From NCBI RefSeq assembly GCF_006345805.1, contig NW_021833965.1:7674-71673 (forward strand): a DNA stretch of 64,000 nucleotides, in the 5' to 3' direction. Source of the stretch: Octopus sinensis. Taxonomy: Eukaryota. The notes below the pieces were generated by a model, which had not been told where the DNA came from, ran no database searches, and was given only the letters and a program-made list of their open reading frames with translations. Below, one piece after another: positions 12,036 to 24,875 of this stretch (position 1 is its first letter; every line of letters begins with the position of its first letter). Made by a program: the position numbers and the translations under genes.

Positions 12036-12427
12036 TTGTGGTGTGTGTGTTGTGTGTGTGTGTGTGTGTCTGTACTGACGATTAGAAACCGATTTATATA
12101 TTTATAATAAGTATACATACGTATAATCATTCCTTAGGCATATCTGGTCGCAAGAATTGTCTTCCATTCCTTCTATATTTCATAGTTATAATTATGATAA
12201 TGATTACACTGTTTAACTGGAGTCTGTAGAATAATAGTCTGAACGATTACCATAATGCTTATTTATATCTGTGAATGGGGTAATTTGTGAATAGCAATAG
12301 ACCAATGTATTTGTTAGGCATCTGTATCTATGTACAATGATCGTCTTCCTTCAAAGCCTAAGGATTATACACCGTAGCCTCTTGTTGCTATATAGATAAT
12401 ATTAAACCAAACAGGTTTCTTCTAGAT

Positions 12428-12769
12428 CAGGAATTCTCAACTATTTTTTTCCTTACCTATAGACCTTCTTTAATTACTATTTTATTCTGATGGACCCCCG
12501 TAGCCATTCGATGTTTAAAAACTAATTTTCATAGAATCTTATTTATTTATGTTTTCACACATTAACTTGTGTAAGCTGAACAATGTAAAATGTTAGAGAA
12601 AGGCACACAGCTGTTTCTTGCAATACAGACCAATATATACATCTAAAGTAACATTTTTTCAACGGACCTTAAACTACTGCTGCGGATGATTTCTAATTTA
12701 CTGTTTTGGACTGCCAAAAACCTTACATGGACTCTCGGGGACCGTATAGATCCCGGATGAGAACCACTG
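12428..12769. mobile_element. hAT (Charlie-like) non-autonomous DNA transposon
   Basis: TIRs caggaattctcaac and gatgagaaccactg; 8-bp TSD ttctagat/gtctagat, matching the NTCTAGAN preference of Charlie elements. Confidence 0.8.
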
Positions 12770-12884
12770 GTCTAGATGGTAGTTCCATTTGCTAGAAATA
12801 GCAGCCATTTCCTTTAGTCAAATATCATTCTACCATTTTCAGTTTAGGAAAACCATTTTACAAAACAGTGTCTGGGAAAGACTG

Positions 12885-12928
12885 TATTACTGATAGATAG
12901 ATAGACAGATAAATAGATAGATAGATAT

Positions 12929-12977
<49 letters not shown>

Positions 12978-13065
12978 CAGACAGATAGATAGATAGATAA
13001 ATAAATAGAGGGATATATATATAGAGAGAGATAAATAGGGGGAGAGAGAGAAAAGAAGAGAGAGA
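12885..13065. repeat. (TAGA)n/(GA)n microsatellite
   Basis: Directly visible runs. Confidence 0.9.
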
Positions 13066-13607
13066 AAGTCAAAATATGAGTAGTGTGGCCATGGCTAAGC
13101 TGGGCTTCATTGTAGAAGTTCAGTATTCATTGATGATGGAGTAACCAACTGGAAACTACCACCACTGCTGTTCCTGATGCAATTTCGAGGCAAGAGGACT
13201 CGGCGATATGATCGCCTCCAGTACTTATCTGTTATAGGACGAAAGGTTAATTTGACCGCCACAGAACTTAGCGATTCGGAAGCGATTATTTCAGCATTGT
13301 GGTTCCTTGGCAAAAAATACTTCATTCTACGTCACTCTAGTCCCTTGGCTGGCCAAGATGAGTTGTCCTTTTACGGACCCTTCAGTTCGACTGTATGCAG
13401 TTTGTGACGTTCATAATAATATTGCCGTCAGAACCAAAATTAAATCAAACGCGTGAGCTTCACGCAATCGTCTTCGTACGAGCCTTTCAAAGTTTGTTTC
13501 GTAAACGAAAGAACATAATGGTCAGCGTTTCGTTCAAACTACCGTTTAAAATTTGAAAATAATTTTCTGATAGTGGATGTTTCTGAAGCAAAACCAAGGT
13601 CGAGATA

Positions 13608-13680
13608 GATTGATTGATTGATTGACTGATTGATAAGTGCAATGATTTATTGATTGATTTATAGTTAGAAAGATAGATAA

Positions 13681-13746
<66 letters not shown>

Positions 13747-13826
13747 CATACATACATACATACATACATACATACATACATACATACATACATACATACA
13801 TACATACATACATACATACATACATG
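13608..13826. repeat. Compound (TTGA)n-(TAGA)n-(TACA)n tetranucleotide microsatellite
   Basis: Directly visible runs. Confidence 0.95.
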
Positions 13827-14739
13827 GATAGATGGAGAGACAGATAGTTATTTTTCGTTATTATTTTCAGTAAACAAACTACTGCTTGTTATATTTAAAA
13901 GCTTCTGTGAAATTTTAATCAGATTCCATGTTCCATTCTGCATGAAAACTATCAGCAACATAAATGGAGCAACTGTTTGTGACGAATCAACTCTAAGCAA
14001 CCTATGCATGTGTACTGGCTGTGTGTGTGTGTTCATGCTGTTACATGGTTTGTGTGCACGTGTGCACTTGTGCGCTCATGTTTGCATATGGATGTGTAAG
14101 TGAACGCGCAAAATAGACAGAATCTAGCCCCACTGCGATGCATGCATAAACAAGCTGACAGGCTCCATTTTCACCTATCTTCTGCTTGGAGATCCGTCAA
14201 GTGCTGGCTCCCTTGTAAGGTTTATTTCACTATAGCATTTACTGTCATGCCAACACAATATCTCGGTTTAATATCCGGGTTGTAACGCCGGATTAATTTT
14301 AATTGCACATTTTCAAAGATTTCAGTCTTTACACAACTAAGTCGTTCAACTATCTAGATAGCATTTTATATCAACTGTTAGACTTGTACATATACATATA
14401 TGCATATACACACATGCACGCACGAACACACACGCGCTAGCACATACAAACACACATGCACACTCATACACACACTTATATGTTTATATATATATATATA
14501 TATATAAATATATATATTAATTTTAATTTTAATCCTTCAGGTATTTAATGCTTTTTTGGGCCTGCAGTTCTCTATATTATTGATTCTTTTATTATCATTT
14601 TCAATTGTTACTCTAGATAATAATAGAGACAATAATATCTTTGCAACTATTTTCTCCTGAATTATTTGCGTGTATATATATATATGTATATATATATACA
14701 CATATATCCGTGTATATATATGTGTGTGTGTGTGTTTGT

Positions 14740-14915
14740 TTGAATCGTTGGCGATTTTTTCCTTCGTCTTCCTTTTCTATTGAACTTCCCTCTGTTTCTG
14801 AAGACGAACTTTGCTCGAAACGCTATACCATCTCTCCTTCCCTGAGCGTCTGCTAATATTTTATATGTACCACGTCTTCACGTTCTTGTTTTTTTATGTT
14901 TGTACTTCGTTTCGT
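14740..14915 (+). mobile_element. Short microsatellite-flanked repeat with a decayed hammerhead-like motif (Penelope-like remnant)
   Basis: CTGAAGA(14798)-c-gaac-ttt-gctc-GAAAC(14817)-gct, followed by ctgagcgt..ctaata shared with the 47165 and 63660 copies. Confidence 0.5.
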
Positions 14916-14946
14916 ATGATTTGAATATATATATATATATATATAT

Positions 14947-15118
14947 GGGCGCAGGCTGGGTGTGTGGTAAGTAGCTTGCTTACCAACCACATGTTTCCAG
15001 GTTCAGTCCCACTGCTTGACATCTTGAGCAAGTGTTTTCTACTTTATAGCCTCGGTCCGGCTAAAGTCTTGTGAGTGAATTTGGTAGACGGAAACTGAAA
15101 GAAGCCCGTCGTATATAT

Positions 15119-15182
<64 letters not shown>

Positions 15183-15443
15183 ATATATGTATATATAGAT
15201 GTATTGTTTATGTATACATATTTGTGTGTGCGTGTATGTTTGTGTGTCTGTGTTTGTCCCCCTACCATAGCTTGACAACCGATGCTGGTGTGTTTACTTC
15301 CCCGAAACTTAACGGTTCGGCATAAGAGCCCGATAGAATAAGTACTAGGCTTACAAAGAATAAGTCCTGGACTTGAATTTTTTCGACGAAAGGCGGTGCT
15401 CCAGCATGGTCGCAGTCAACTGACTGAAAGAAGTAAGAGAAAA
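14947..15443 (+). mobile_element. tRNA-derived SINE family C with internal microsatellite
   Basis: Head with ggttcagtccc B-box-like motif, CORE-like cttgagcaagtg segment, internal (TA)n after gaagcccgtcg, tail ggcggtgctccagcatggtcgcagtc. Confidence 0.85.
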
Positions 15444-15464
15444 ATATAATATATACATGTATAT

Positions 15465-15860
15465 AGGAGTGGCTGTGTGGTAAGTAGCTTGCTAACCAAT
15501 CACATGGTTCCGGGTTCAGTCCCACTGCGTGGCATCTTGGGCAAATGTCTTCTGCTATAGCCCCGGGCCGACCAATGCCTTGTGAGTGGATTTGGTAGAC
15601 AGAAACTGAAAGAAGCCTGTCGTATATATGTATATTTATATGTATGTGTGTGTTTGTGTGTCTGTGTTTGTCCCCTTAGCATTGCTTAACAACCGATGCT
15701 GGTGTTTACGTCCCCGTCACCTAGCGGTTCGGCAAAATAGACCGATAGAATAAGTACTGGGCTTACAAAGAATAAGTCCCGGGGTCGATTGGTCGACTAA
15801 AGGCGGTGCTCCAGCATGGTCGCAGTCAAATGACTGAAACAAGTAAAAGAGTAAAAAAGA
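15465..15860 (+). mobile_element. SINE family C, tandem second copy
   Basis: Same architecture as 14947-15443 with a shorter internal microsatellite. Confidence 0.85.
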
Positions 15861-15899
15861 GTAATATATTTACCATTTCTACAGCGTTTGAAATTTTGT

Positions 15900-15927
15900 G
15901 TGAGTGAGATAATCAATGTATGTATAA

Positions 15928-15974
<47 letters not shown>

Positions 15975-15985
15975 GTATGTATATA

Positions 15986-16028
<43 letters not shown>

Positions 16029-16103
16029 GTATATATTATAGTATATATATGTGTATATATATATATATAATATATATATATATGTATATATATGTGTAAT
16101 ATA

Positions 16104-16189
<86 letters not shown>

Positions 16190-16235
16190 ATTTACATTTA
16201 CAAATATGCATGTGTTTATGTGTGTATGTGCGCAA
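15900..16235. repeat. (TA)n/(TG)n microsatellite
   Basis: Directly visible runs. Confidence 0.95.
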
Positions 16236-16728
16236 GGAATATACTACTTTGGTCAAATAAAGACAACGCAATATATGGCGTAGAGTAATCAAGAAAACAT
16301 ATATTCTTTTCGGAGCAGTTCAAATTTCATGCACTTCGATCTCTAGGTGCGAACGCATCGATTGCGCTCAGTTATCCTCTAAAGTGATTTCACTATTCTG
16401 ACAATGCCATTGTTTCTGTTGCGCTGTTTTAACAACGATTTATGAGAGTGTTTTCAGTGAGTAGCGATTTCCAATCATGATTTTCAAAGAATTTTGTGGT
16501 ATGTTTTAGATTGTTATTTTTGTTTCAGTTTTTGCCAATTGCTAATTCATTGTTCTCACAGCATGATACCTTTGGTTGGGTTGGGTTTTCATATACATAC
16601 ATATATACACACACATATATAGATATATGTATAAGTATATATATATATATATACATATACACACAAACACCACACAACACACACACACATATATATATGG
16701 AGAGGGTGTACGCACGTATGTATACGTG

Positions 16729-17050
16729 AAGGCACGTGGTTTAGTGGCCAGAATATTTGGTTCCCGGTCGCAACGTCATGAATTCGATTCCCGACACCAC
16801 GTTGTGCCTCTTAGCAAGACATTTTATTTCATGTTGCTCCAGTCTACTCAGCTGGCAAAAATGAGTAGTATTTGTTATTCAAAGGGACCAGTCTTGTCAC
16901 ATTCTGTGTCATGCTGAATCTTCTTGAGAACTACGTTAAGGGTACGCGTGTCTGTGGAGTACTCAGCAACTTGCACATTAATTCCACGAGCAAACTGTTC
17001 TTTTCAGCGGATCAACTGAAACCCCCGTCGTCATAACCGACGTAGTGCCA
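16729..17050 (+). mobile_element. SINE family B (tail type B1)
   Basis: tRNA-like head, ttgctccagtctactcagctggcaaaaatgagt domain, tail shared with 27360 and 43445. Confidence 0.8.
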
Positions 17051-17084
17051 CTTGATGCATGTATATGTGTGTGTGTGTGTGTGT

Positions 17085-17475
17085 GCTTCTCAACCAAATG
17101 GATCCGGGTTCAGTTGCACTGTGTAGTACCTTGGGAAAATGCCCACTACTATAGCCTCCGACAGAACAAAGACTTGTGAGTAGATTTGGTAGACAGAAAC
17201 TGGAAGAAGCCCGTCGTATATGTATAATATATATATATATCTATATATATATTATATATATATATATATCATATTATATATTATATATATATATATATAC
17301 TATATATATATACATATACATATATGTATATATATACATGCATATGTGTGTGTATGTGTTTGTCCCCCAATATCTCTTGATAACCGATAGAATAAGTACG
17401 GTCGATTTACTCGTCTAAATGCGATGCTCCAGCATGGGCGCAGTCAAATGACTGAAACAAGTAAAAGAAGAAAAG
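17085..17475 (+). mobile_element. SINE family C (5'-truncated)
   Basis: tttggtagacagaaactggaagaagcccgtcg-(TA)n-tttgtccccc...gctccagcatgggcgcagtc. Confidence 0.8.
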
Positions 17476-17568
17476 TATATATATATGTATAAATAAGAAT
17501 GAGTAAGTAAAGATGTTATTATTATTATTATTATTATCATTATTAGTAGTAGTAGTAATAGTATGAGG

Positions 17569-17790
17569 AGGGCGGGAAGTTGGCAGAGCCGTTAACACGC
17601 TAGACAGAATGCTTACCGGTATTCCGCCTGTCGCTACGTTCTGAGTTCAAATTCTGCCGAGGTCGACTTTTCCTTTCATTTTTTGGGGGTTGATAAATTA
17701 AGTACCAGCGAAATTCTGGGGCGGATGTAATCGACTAATCCCCTCTCTCAAAACCTCAGGCCTTGTCTCCATAACAGAAAGGATTATTAT
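17569..17790 (+). mobile_element. SINE family A monomer
   Basis: ttggcagagccgttaacacg...gttctgagttcaaattctgccgaggtcgacttttcctttc...aattaagtaccag. Confidence 0.85.
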
Positions 17791-17891
17791 TTTTATCAGG
17801 GACAAATCTAAATAATTGATAATAACAACAACATTAGTCTAGCAAGCGATATTAGCATTAAACAGCTATACAATACATTCATAATTATATT

Positions 17892-18578
17892 CTTTTCTAC
17901 GCTAAGCACAAGCCCCGAAATTTTTCGGGGAGTGACCAGTTGATTAGATCTACCGTAGTACGTAACTGTTATTTAATTTATCGCCCCCGAAATTATGAAA
18001 GGTAATATTTGAACTCAGAACGTAACGGCAGACGAAATACCTATTTCTTTACTACCCACAAGGGACTAAACACAGAGGGGACAAACAAGGACAGACAAAC
18101 GGATTAAGTCGATTATATCGACCCCAGTGCGTAACTAGTACTTAATTTATCGACCCCGAAAGGATGAAAGGCAAAGTCAACCTCGGCGGAATTTGAACTC
18201 AGAACGTAACGGCAGACGAAATACCGCTGAGCTAACGTTTCTTCTTTCTTTACTTCCCACAAGGGGCTAAACATAGAGGGAACAAACAAAGACAAACAAA
18301 GGGTGTACATCGATTACATCGACCCGGCGAGCTAACGTTTCTTCTTTCTTTACTTCCCACAAGGGGCTAAACATAGAGGGAACAAACAAGGACAAACAAA
18401 GGGTGTACATCGATTACAATCGACCCCAGTGCATAACTGAAACTTAATTTATCGAACCCGAAAAGATGAAAGGCAAAGTCGGCCTCGGTGATATTTGAAC
18501 TCAGTACGAAACGGCAGACGAAATAGCGCTAAGCATTTCGCCCGGCGTGCTACCGTTTCTGCCAGCTCGACGCCTTGA
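17892..18578 (-). mobile_element. SINE family A three-body multimer with 15-bp TSD
   Basis: Three body units; flanked by attcataattatatt at 17877-17891 and 18579-18593. Confidence 0.85.
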
Positions 18579-19379
18579 ATTCATAATTATATTGAAAGTT
18601 ACACGAAGCTCCAGCTCGCTAAAGAATGGAAGAAAAAACTTGAAACTTAACCACCAAAAATGCTGGAAATATGTAACGGACCAACAGAAATCGGGCAAAC
18701 GAATGGAATTTTACATATTTTCACCATGATTTCGATTTCTTTCTAGAGCCTTAATTCTCCTGAGCAGGAGAATTTATATATATATAACGATTGATACACA
18801 CATGATCACACACACACGTAGTTGTGTATGGATGAATGTACATATACTTCCTTAGTTTTGTGTTCATGTTTTTTTCCATAGGAATATGAATAAGATTTGT
18901 TGAGGCTTTCTTTACCAGCTTCGTTTTTACTATTGAAAAATAACGTTATGAATAAATTATGTCTTCCATTTCGTTCCATACTCGACATTGTTTCCTTCTA
19001 GTTATATCGTGAAATATAAAAAAACATGAGATAACAACGCTGGTTGTAGAAAAGGTTATACTTGTTTAACAAAGAATACAGCTGTCAGACATGTTGTTTT
19101 CTAAGAATTGAACATCCAGTTTTTAAAATCATTTTCAAACGAACTACAACTTCAAAATATTGTTTTTTTCTTCTTCGTTATAGATTTCCAACCATCTTAT
19201 AGCTTTCAAAATAACCGTGAAATCCTCAGAGTTATTCCTGGTATAAAATATATATATATTTCCTTATTCTACAGCGACAAACGTATGTTTATCTGGATAA
19301 TTAAAGATGTGACATTTTAAATAAGATTACTGTTTATAGCTGCGTATATTTGTAACTTCTTAGAGTTTATCTTATATGG

Positions 19380-19790
19380 ATTCAATCACTGGACTACGGC
19401 CATTCTGGTGCACCGCTTTGGAGTGTTTAGTCGAACAAATAGACACTTTCTCTTTTTAAGTATGGTTCATAATCTTTAATGCCAAACGGCGTTAGGGGAC
19501 ATCACAATAATATCACAATGATAATACCCTCATATGCATGTACATATACGACAAGCTTCCACGCAGTTTCCTCTTACCATATTTACGCACAAGTCATTTG
19601 TCTGTAATAGAAAGCAATCGTTCAAAGTATATCTGACAAGATTCATTCATTTTCCGTCAACTAAAATTTACTTAAAAGGCATAGGTCGGTCCGGGGTTGT
19701 AGTAGACGATGCATCCTCAAGATGCTGTGCAGTGGTGCTAAACCCGAAAACATCTGTTCCCTGAGCAAGTTTCTATACACACAGCCTATT
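19380..19790 (-). mobile_element. Highly decayed family C SINE
   Basis: gactacggccattctggtgcaccgc (tail, reverse complement) and tacgacaagcttcc...cctcaagatgctgtgcagtgg (head, reverse complement). Confidence 0.5.
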
Positions 19791-20049
19791 GTATCTCTAA
19801 TTACCATTATATTCTATCTGTACATCACCACCTCTCTTATGAAGAATTCAGAGCTCGAGCAAAATTAATTAACCATCGTGGTACCACATTAGGAAAACAA
19901 TAATTTAAAAAAAGAGAACAATTTGCAAGTTTACCAGAAAACAAAAAGCAGCCTGGAAATGACATACTTTCGCCGTACAAGTTACGTTTAGAGTTGAATG
20001 ACTACCCCTGGTACATAAGTTGTTCTTTCCACAAGCCCTCGAATGTGGG

Positions 20050-20226
20050 GGGAATGAATTAAGTCGATTACATCGACGCAAGTGCGTAACTGGTACTTAT
20101 TTAATCAACCCCGAGAGGATGAAAGGCAACGTCTACAACGGCGGAAATTGAACCCAGAACGTAGCGACGGCGAAATACCGGTAGGCATTTCGTCCAGCGT
20201 GCTAACGATTCTGCCAGCTTGACGAC
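20050..20226 (-). mobile_element. SINE family A monomer
   Basis: ttaagtcgattacatcgac...gcgtgctaacgattctgccagc. Confidence 0.8.
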
Positions 20227-20240
20227 TTTGGTGCATAAAT

Positions 20241-20621
20241 GATTCTTTTCTACTCTAGGTATAGGCTCGAAATTTTGGGGGAGGAGGCCAGTCGATCAGA
20301 TCGACCCCAGTATGCAACTCCGAAAGGATGAAAGGCAAAGTCAACCTCGGCGGAATTTGAATTCAGAACGTTAAGAGAGACGAAATACCTATTTCTTTTC
20401 TACCCACAAGGGACTAAACACAGAGGGGACAAACAAGGATAGACAAACGGATTAAGCCGATTACATCGACCTCAGTGCGTAACTGACACTTATTTAATCG
20501 ACCCCGAAAGGATGAAAGGCAAAGTCGACTTCGGCGGAATTTGAACTCATAACGTAGCGGCAGACGAAATACCGCTGAGCATTTCGCCTGGCGTGCTAAC
20601 GTTTATGCCAGCTCGCCGCCT
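20241..20621 (-). mobile_element. SINE family A two-body multimer with ~14-bp TSD
   Basis: Flanked by tttggtgcataaat at 20227-20240 and 20622-20635. Confidence 0.85.
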
Positions 20622-20859
20622 TTTGGTGCATAAATTATTGCCGAAATGAAAAGAAAGAGAACTAAAATGTTGAGCAGAAAACTTTATCGGACAGAGATGA
20701 AATAAGTGGTAGGAGGACGGAATTAGTAAAGTTAAATCGGTTTATAAAGCATTAGAAAATTCATTGTTAAGCGTTCTCATGTTCAATAATATAGTAGATA
20801 TTACTGGGATACTCTCAGGAACCTTCTGAATTGCTAGCGTCGGAGAAGAATGTGTATGT

Positions 20860-20976
20860 GTGCGACTGTGCGTGAGATATAGGGGTAGATAGGTAGACAG
20901 AGAAATAGGAAGATAGAGAGAGAGATACGTAGATACAGAGATAGACAGATAGATAGATACATAGATAGATAGATAC

Positions 20977-21031
<55 letters not shown>

Positions 21032-21300
21032 TGGATAGACTAATAGAATTATAAAGAGAGGTGAAGACAGAGAGAGAGAGAGAGAGATATGTGTATATAT
21101 GAACATATTTTACGTAAATAAATATATTAACATGTGTTTCAATATATGAATACGTGTTTATATAAACATATGCATGTGTGTGTGTGTGCGCGCGCGCGCG
21201 TATATTCAAGTACAATCTCACACACACACATCTATATTTATCTATTTACCTTATATATATGTGTGGGTATGTGTGTATGCGTATGTGGGTGTGTATACAT

Positions 21301-21346
<46 letters not shown>

Positions 21347-21354
21347 ACACACAC

Positions 21355-21408
<54 letters not shown>

Positions 21409-21427
21409 TATATATATGTATACACAC

Positions 21428-21458
<31 letters not shown>

Positions 21459-21510
21459 GATATATATATATATATTATGTATGTATGTATGTATGTTTGT
21501 ATGTATGTAT
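20860..21510. repeat. (TAGA)n, (GA)n, (TG)n, (TA)n and (TATG)n compound microsatellites
   Basis: Directly visible runs. Confidence 0.9.
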
Positions 21511-21989
21511 GCGAAAGAGATGAGCTGTTAGTGGGCTGCAGCGTGTCACGTTAGATTCGCCATCTTGCCTGTGCAAACAATCTGTTGATGAAATGTGACG
21601 TGTCATTATTATGATAATCATTCGCTTCTGATTCTATTGACAGGTACAAAACAACTGTTTGTATAGCTGCATCTATTTATTCACCTGATTAATATTGGAC
21701 ATTTTATTGGGATTTTCTGGTCCCTAATATGGATTCCACGCCGCAGTGTACACATTAAAAGTCTCTGCTGTTATCTATGCTTATCAGGGAATTGTTGATA
21801 CTGTTGACAACAATGACCACGACGACGACGACGATGATAATGATGATGATGAAGATGATGAAGAAGAGGGTAGTGATGATGATGTTGGTGGGGGTGAGAT
21901 TTATTTATCTGAAATTTAAGACCTAATTGCAAAGATGGGAATCAAATACAAGAGAAAGGAGACCTACTTCTAGGATTCACTCCAGCATG

Positions 21990-22440
21990 TACTGTTGTTG
22001 TTATTATTATTATTATTACTAAGTGAGAGAGCAGCGCATGCCATCAAAGTGATACTGCGGTACAAATATACGAAGCCCAATATACCCATCATGACTACCC
22101 GTCTGGTAAGTGTACACCGGCCATATGCATCACAACCATATGTGCGCGACATGACCTTGCAGGTAGGGGGCCAGTTTGAAATTTGTTCAGGTTTGAGTAG
22201 CCCATCCCGCTCAAAAGTTCCCTGAATAATAGTTGTTTAAAGATATTGATCGAAGCACCCGTGTTTCCAGAAAGGAATTAGTCAATCCCCAAAGAATTCC
22301 TCTCAACACTTGGCTATAATGCTCCTGTACTACTCCTGCTCGTGATCAGAGATACGCATGTCGTTAGCCACCAAGGGATATACGCAACTGGTTAAGGTCA
22401 AGCAACTGGCAAGCAAATCTGTGGTATTGAGCCGAAAATT
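21990..22440 (-). mobile_element. Probable interspersed retroposon with an (AAT)n tail
   Basis: Unique-looking segment ending in an (AAT)n tract on the minus strand; resembles a common octopus repeat from memory only. Confidence 0.3.
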
Positions 22441-22454
22441 TGGTGAAAAAAGCT

Positions 22455-23897
22455 TTCAGCTTATGGTGCTGGATATGATGGAACATGTCAGCTGTCTACA
22501 GCCAGCAGACTAAGGTGACGTTTGCAGGTCACGCTTCAAGAACCCTATGAAGAATTCTTGTAGTTCCAAGCAGTGCTGGTTTTTGTAGGTTTTTATCTTT
22601 ACTTTTGTACCAATCTTTTTTAACCATTGGTAGTTGAGAGCTGATACTTCTAAATTTACCAGTTACCGTCTACTCTTCTCATTGAAAACAGCCTTTCCTA
22701 TTTCCCACTTCAAATCGTTGTAGTTATTCAGTTTATCGTCTTTCTTTTTGATGCTGTCGTCAATGGGATATGCTCTGTCGATTATCATACAAGTTCTTTC
22801 TTTTTTATTCACCACAGCAATGTCCGCTTCCCGATATCTGGACACGTGGACGCACTGAATCATTGCATCCCAAAGGAGTTTGCACTCTTCATTCTCGGTG
22901 ACTCCTTCTTGGGTTTTCTCATACCACGTCTTTGCTCTTTGTAGACCGGGATTTCCACAGAGCTCCCAAAGGATCATTCTTGCCACCTTGACATGTTATC
23001 TTATGTATTCACTTTGTGCCAAAATTGGGCATTCGCTAACGATGTGCCATGCCGTTCAGCCCCTCTCTCTACGCATCCTGCATTTCTCGCTCTCGATAGC
23101 GTTGTCGATTCTGCATTTCACATAGTTATCTCTGAAAGATTATTCGTGTGCTGCGCATATAAGTGCTTCTACCTATGTCTTCGGGTCACTCCACCTCATC
23201 CATAGCCACCGGTCTTCTGCATCTGTCTTGACAGTACGTTTTCCTCCTTCCCTGCCGTTTATTTTTTGGGATTCTTTTCCTCTTTAAGATTTCTTTCTTT
23301 ACACAAATACTAATTTTGATGACGCCAGACTTCTTCACATGCATCAACAATGGTTCCACGATAATTTTTACTTACCACCCTCAACTGTTTACCTCTGCTT
23401 CGTTACAATCCTTGAGACTGATCAAACCTCTTCCACCCTCTCTTCCGGACAAATACACTCTTAAGACAGAAAGATCCGTGTCTTGTAAATATTTTTCTTA
23501 TCCATATCCATCAGTTCTTTCTCTTGCCTCTTTATGATTCCAGCTCCACAATGAAATGATGCTATCGCCCTTATATTACCTGCTTAGATTTTATCCCATC
23601 CGGTCAATTTTGAGCGCAATAACAATCTCAGTCTGCGGAAATATACCATCTTCACTTGTTCTTTCATTTCCTTCTCCATTATCTCGTTGAACTCTAGGAT
23701 ACCAAGGTATTTGCAGTCATCCGTTTCAAGTTGTTTAATCAGTTCTCTATTCGGTAATTCGATCGCTGCTGAAGATTGCACCCTACCTCTTTTCAGCACT
23801 AAAACAATGTACCGTGTTCGCCAAAGAACTCACCTGTGCCTCATACTTGCTATATAGCTTCAAATCATCCATGAAGAGGAAGTATTTAATTGCTTGA
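22455..23897 (-). pseudogene. 5'-truncated R4/Dong-like RLE non-LTR retrotransposon (RT C-terminus, zinc-knuckle remnant, restriction-like endonuclease), disrupted
   Basis: LFMDDLK at 23859-23879; KYLGILE; LLWDAMIQ...READIAVVNKKERTCMIID (PD..D-type motif); C-terminal LQKPALLGTTRILHRVLEA*; the 5' end abuts (AAT)n. Confidence 0.85.
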
Positions 23898-23917
23898 CAT
23901 TATTATTAATATTATTA

Positions 23918-23982
<65 letters not shown>
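23898..23982. repeat. (ATT)n microsatellite
   Basis: Directly visible run. Confidence 0.95.
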
Positions 23983-23983
<1 letters not shown>

Positions 23984-24039
23984 GATCAAGAAAGATCAGA
24001 GAGCAAATGATGAATCTGCAGGAAAGAAGTCGAAGTATC

Positions 24040-24583
24040 AATCACGTCGTCGTCATCATCATCATCATCATGGAATATGTGATTGATAATATCGTCAAAC
24101 GTAGAGAGAAAATCCCTTCGCGTTTCTTTTTCGCGCAGATTATTCCGTTCCAAGTTCAAATTGTTACCGAATATAGCAGCAGCACCAAAAACATCGTTGT
24201 CATCGTTATCCTCTCCTTCGACACCATCGTCATCTTCGTCTTCATCATCATCATCATCGTCATCATCAGCATCCTCATCAACATCACTATCATCATCACT
24301 ATCATCTCCATCATCAGCATTACAACCATAGTCATCATCATCATCATCATAATCATTATTATCATCATCATCATAATCATCATCATCATCATAATCTTCT
24401 TTACCATCATCATCATAATCACCATCATCATTACCGTCATAAACATCATCATCAACATTATCATCATTGTTATCATCATCACAATCATTATTATCATCAT
24501 CATCATCATCATCGTTATCACCATAATCATCATCTCCATCATCATTATCAACATCATCACCATCAATAATCATCATCATAAAT

Positions 24584-24619
<36 letters not shown>

Positions 24620-24718
24620 TTAATTATCATCATCATGATCTCCATCACCATCGTCATCATCAATACCATCATCACCATAATCTTCATCACCATCATCGTC
24701 ATCATCTCCATCATCATT

Positions 24719-24756
<38 letters not shown>

Positions 24757-24875
24757 ACTCATCATCATCCTCATCATAATTGTCATCGTCATCATTATCA
24801 TCATTACAATCATCATGTCGTCATCATAATTATCACCATCATCACCACCATCATCATCATCACCATCGCTGTCGT
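24040..24875. repeat. Degenerate (CAT)n array
   Basis: Directly visible; source of the poly-D, poly-I and poly-H ORFs. Confidence 0.95.

Noticed and set aside
13107-13407. Overlapping 72-76-aa ORFs as exons
   Set aside because: No recognisable homology or convincing splice signals.
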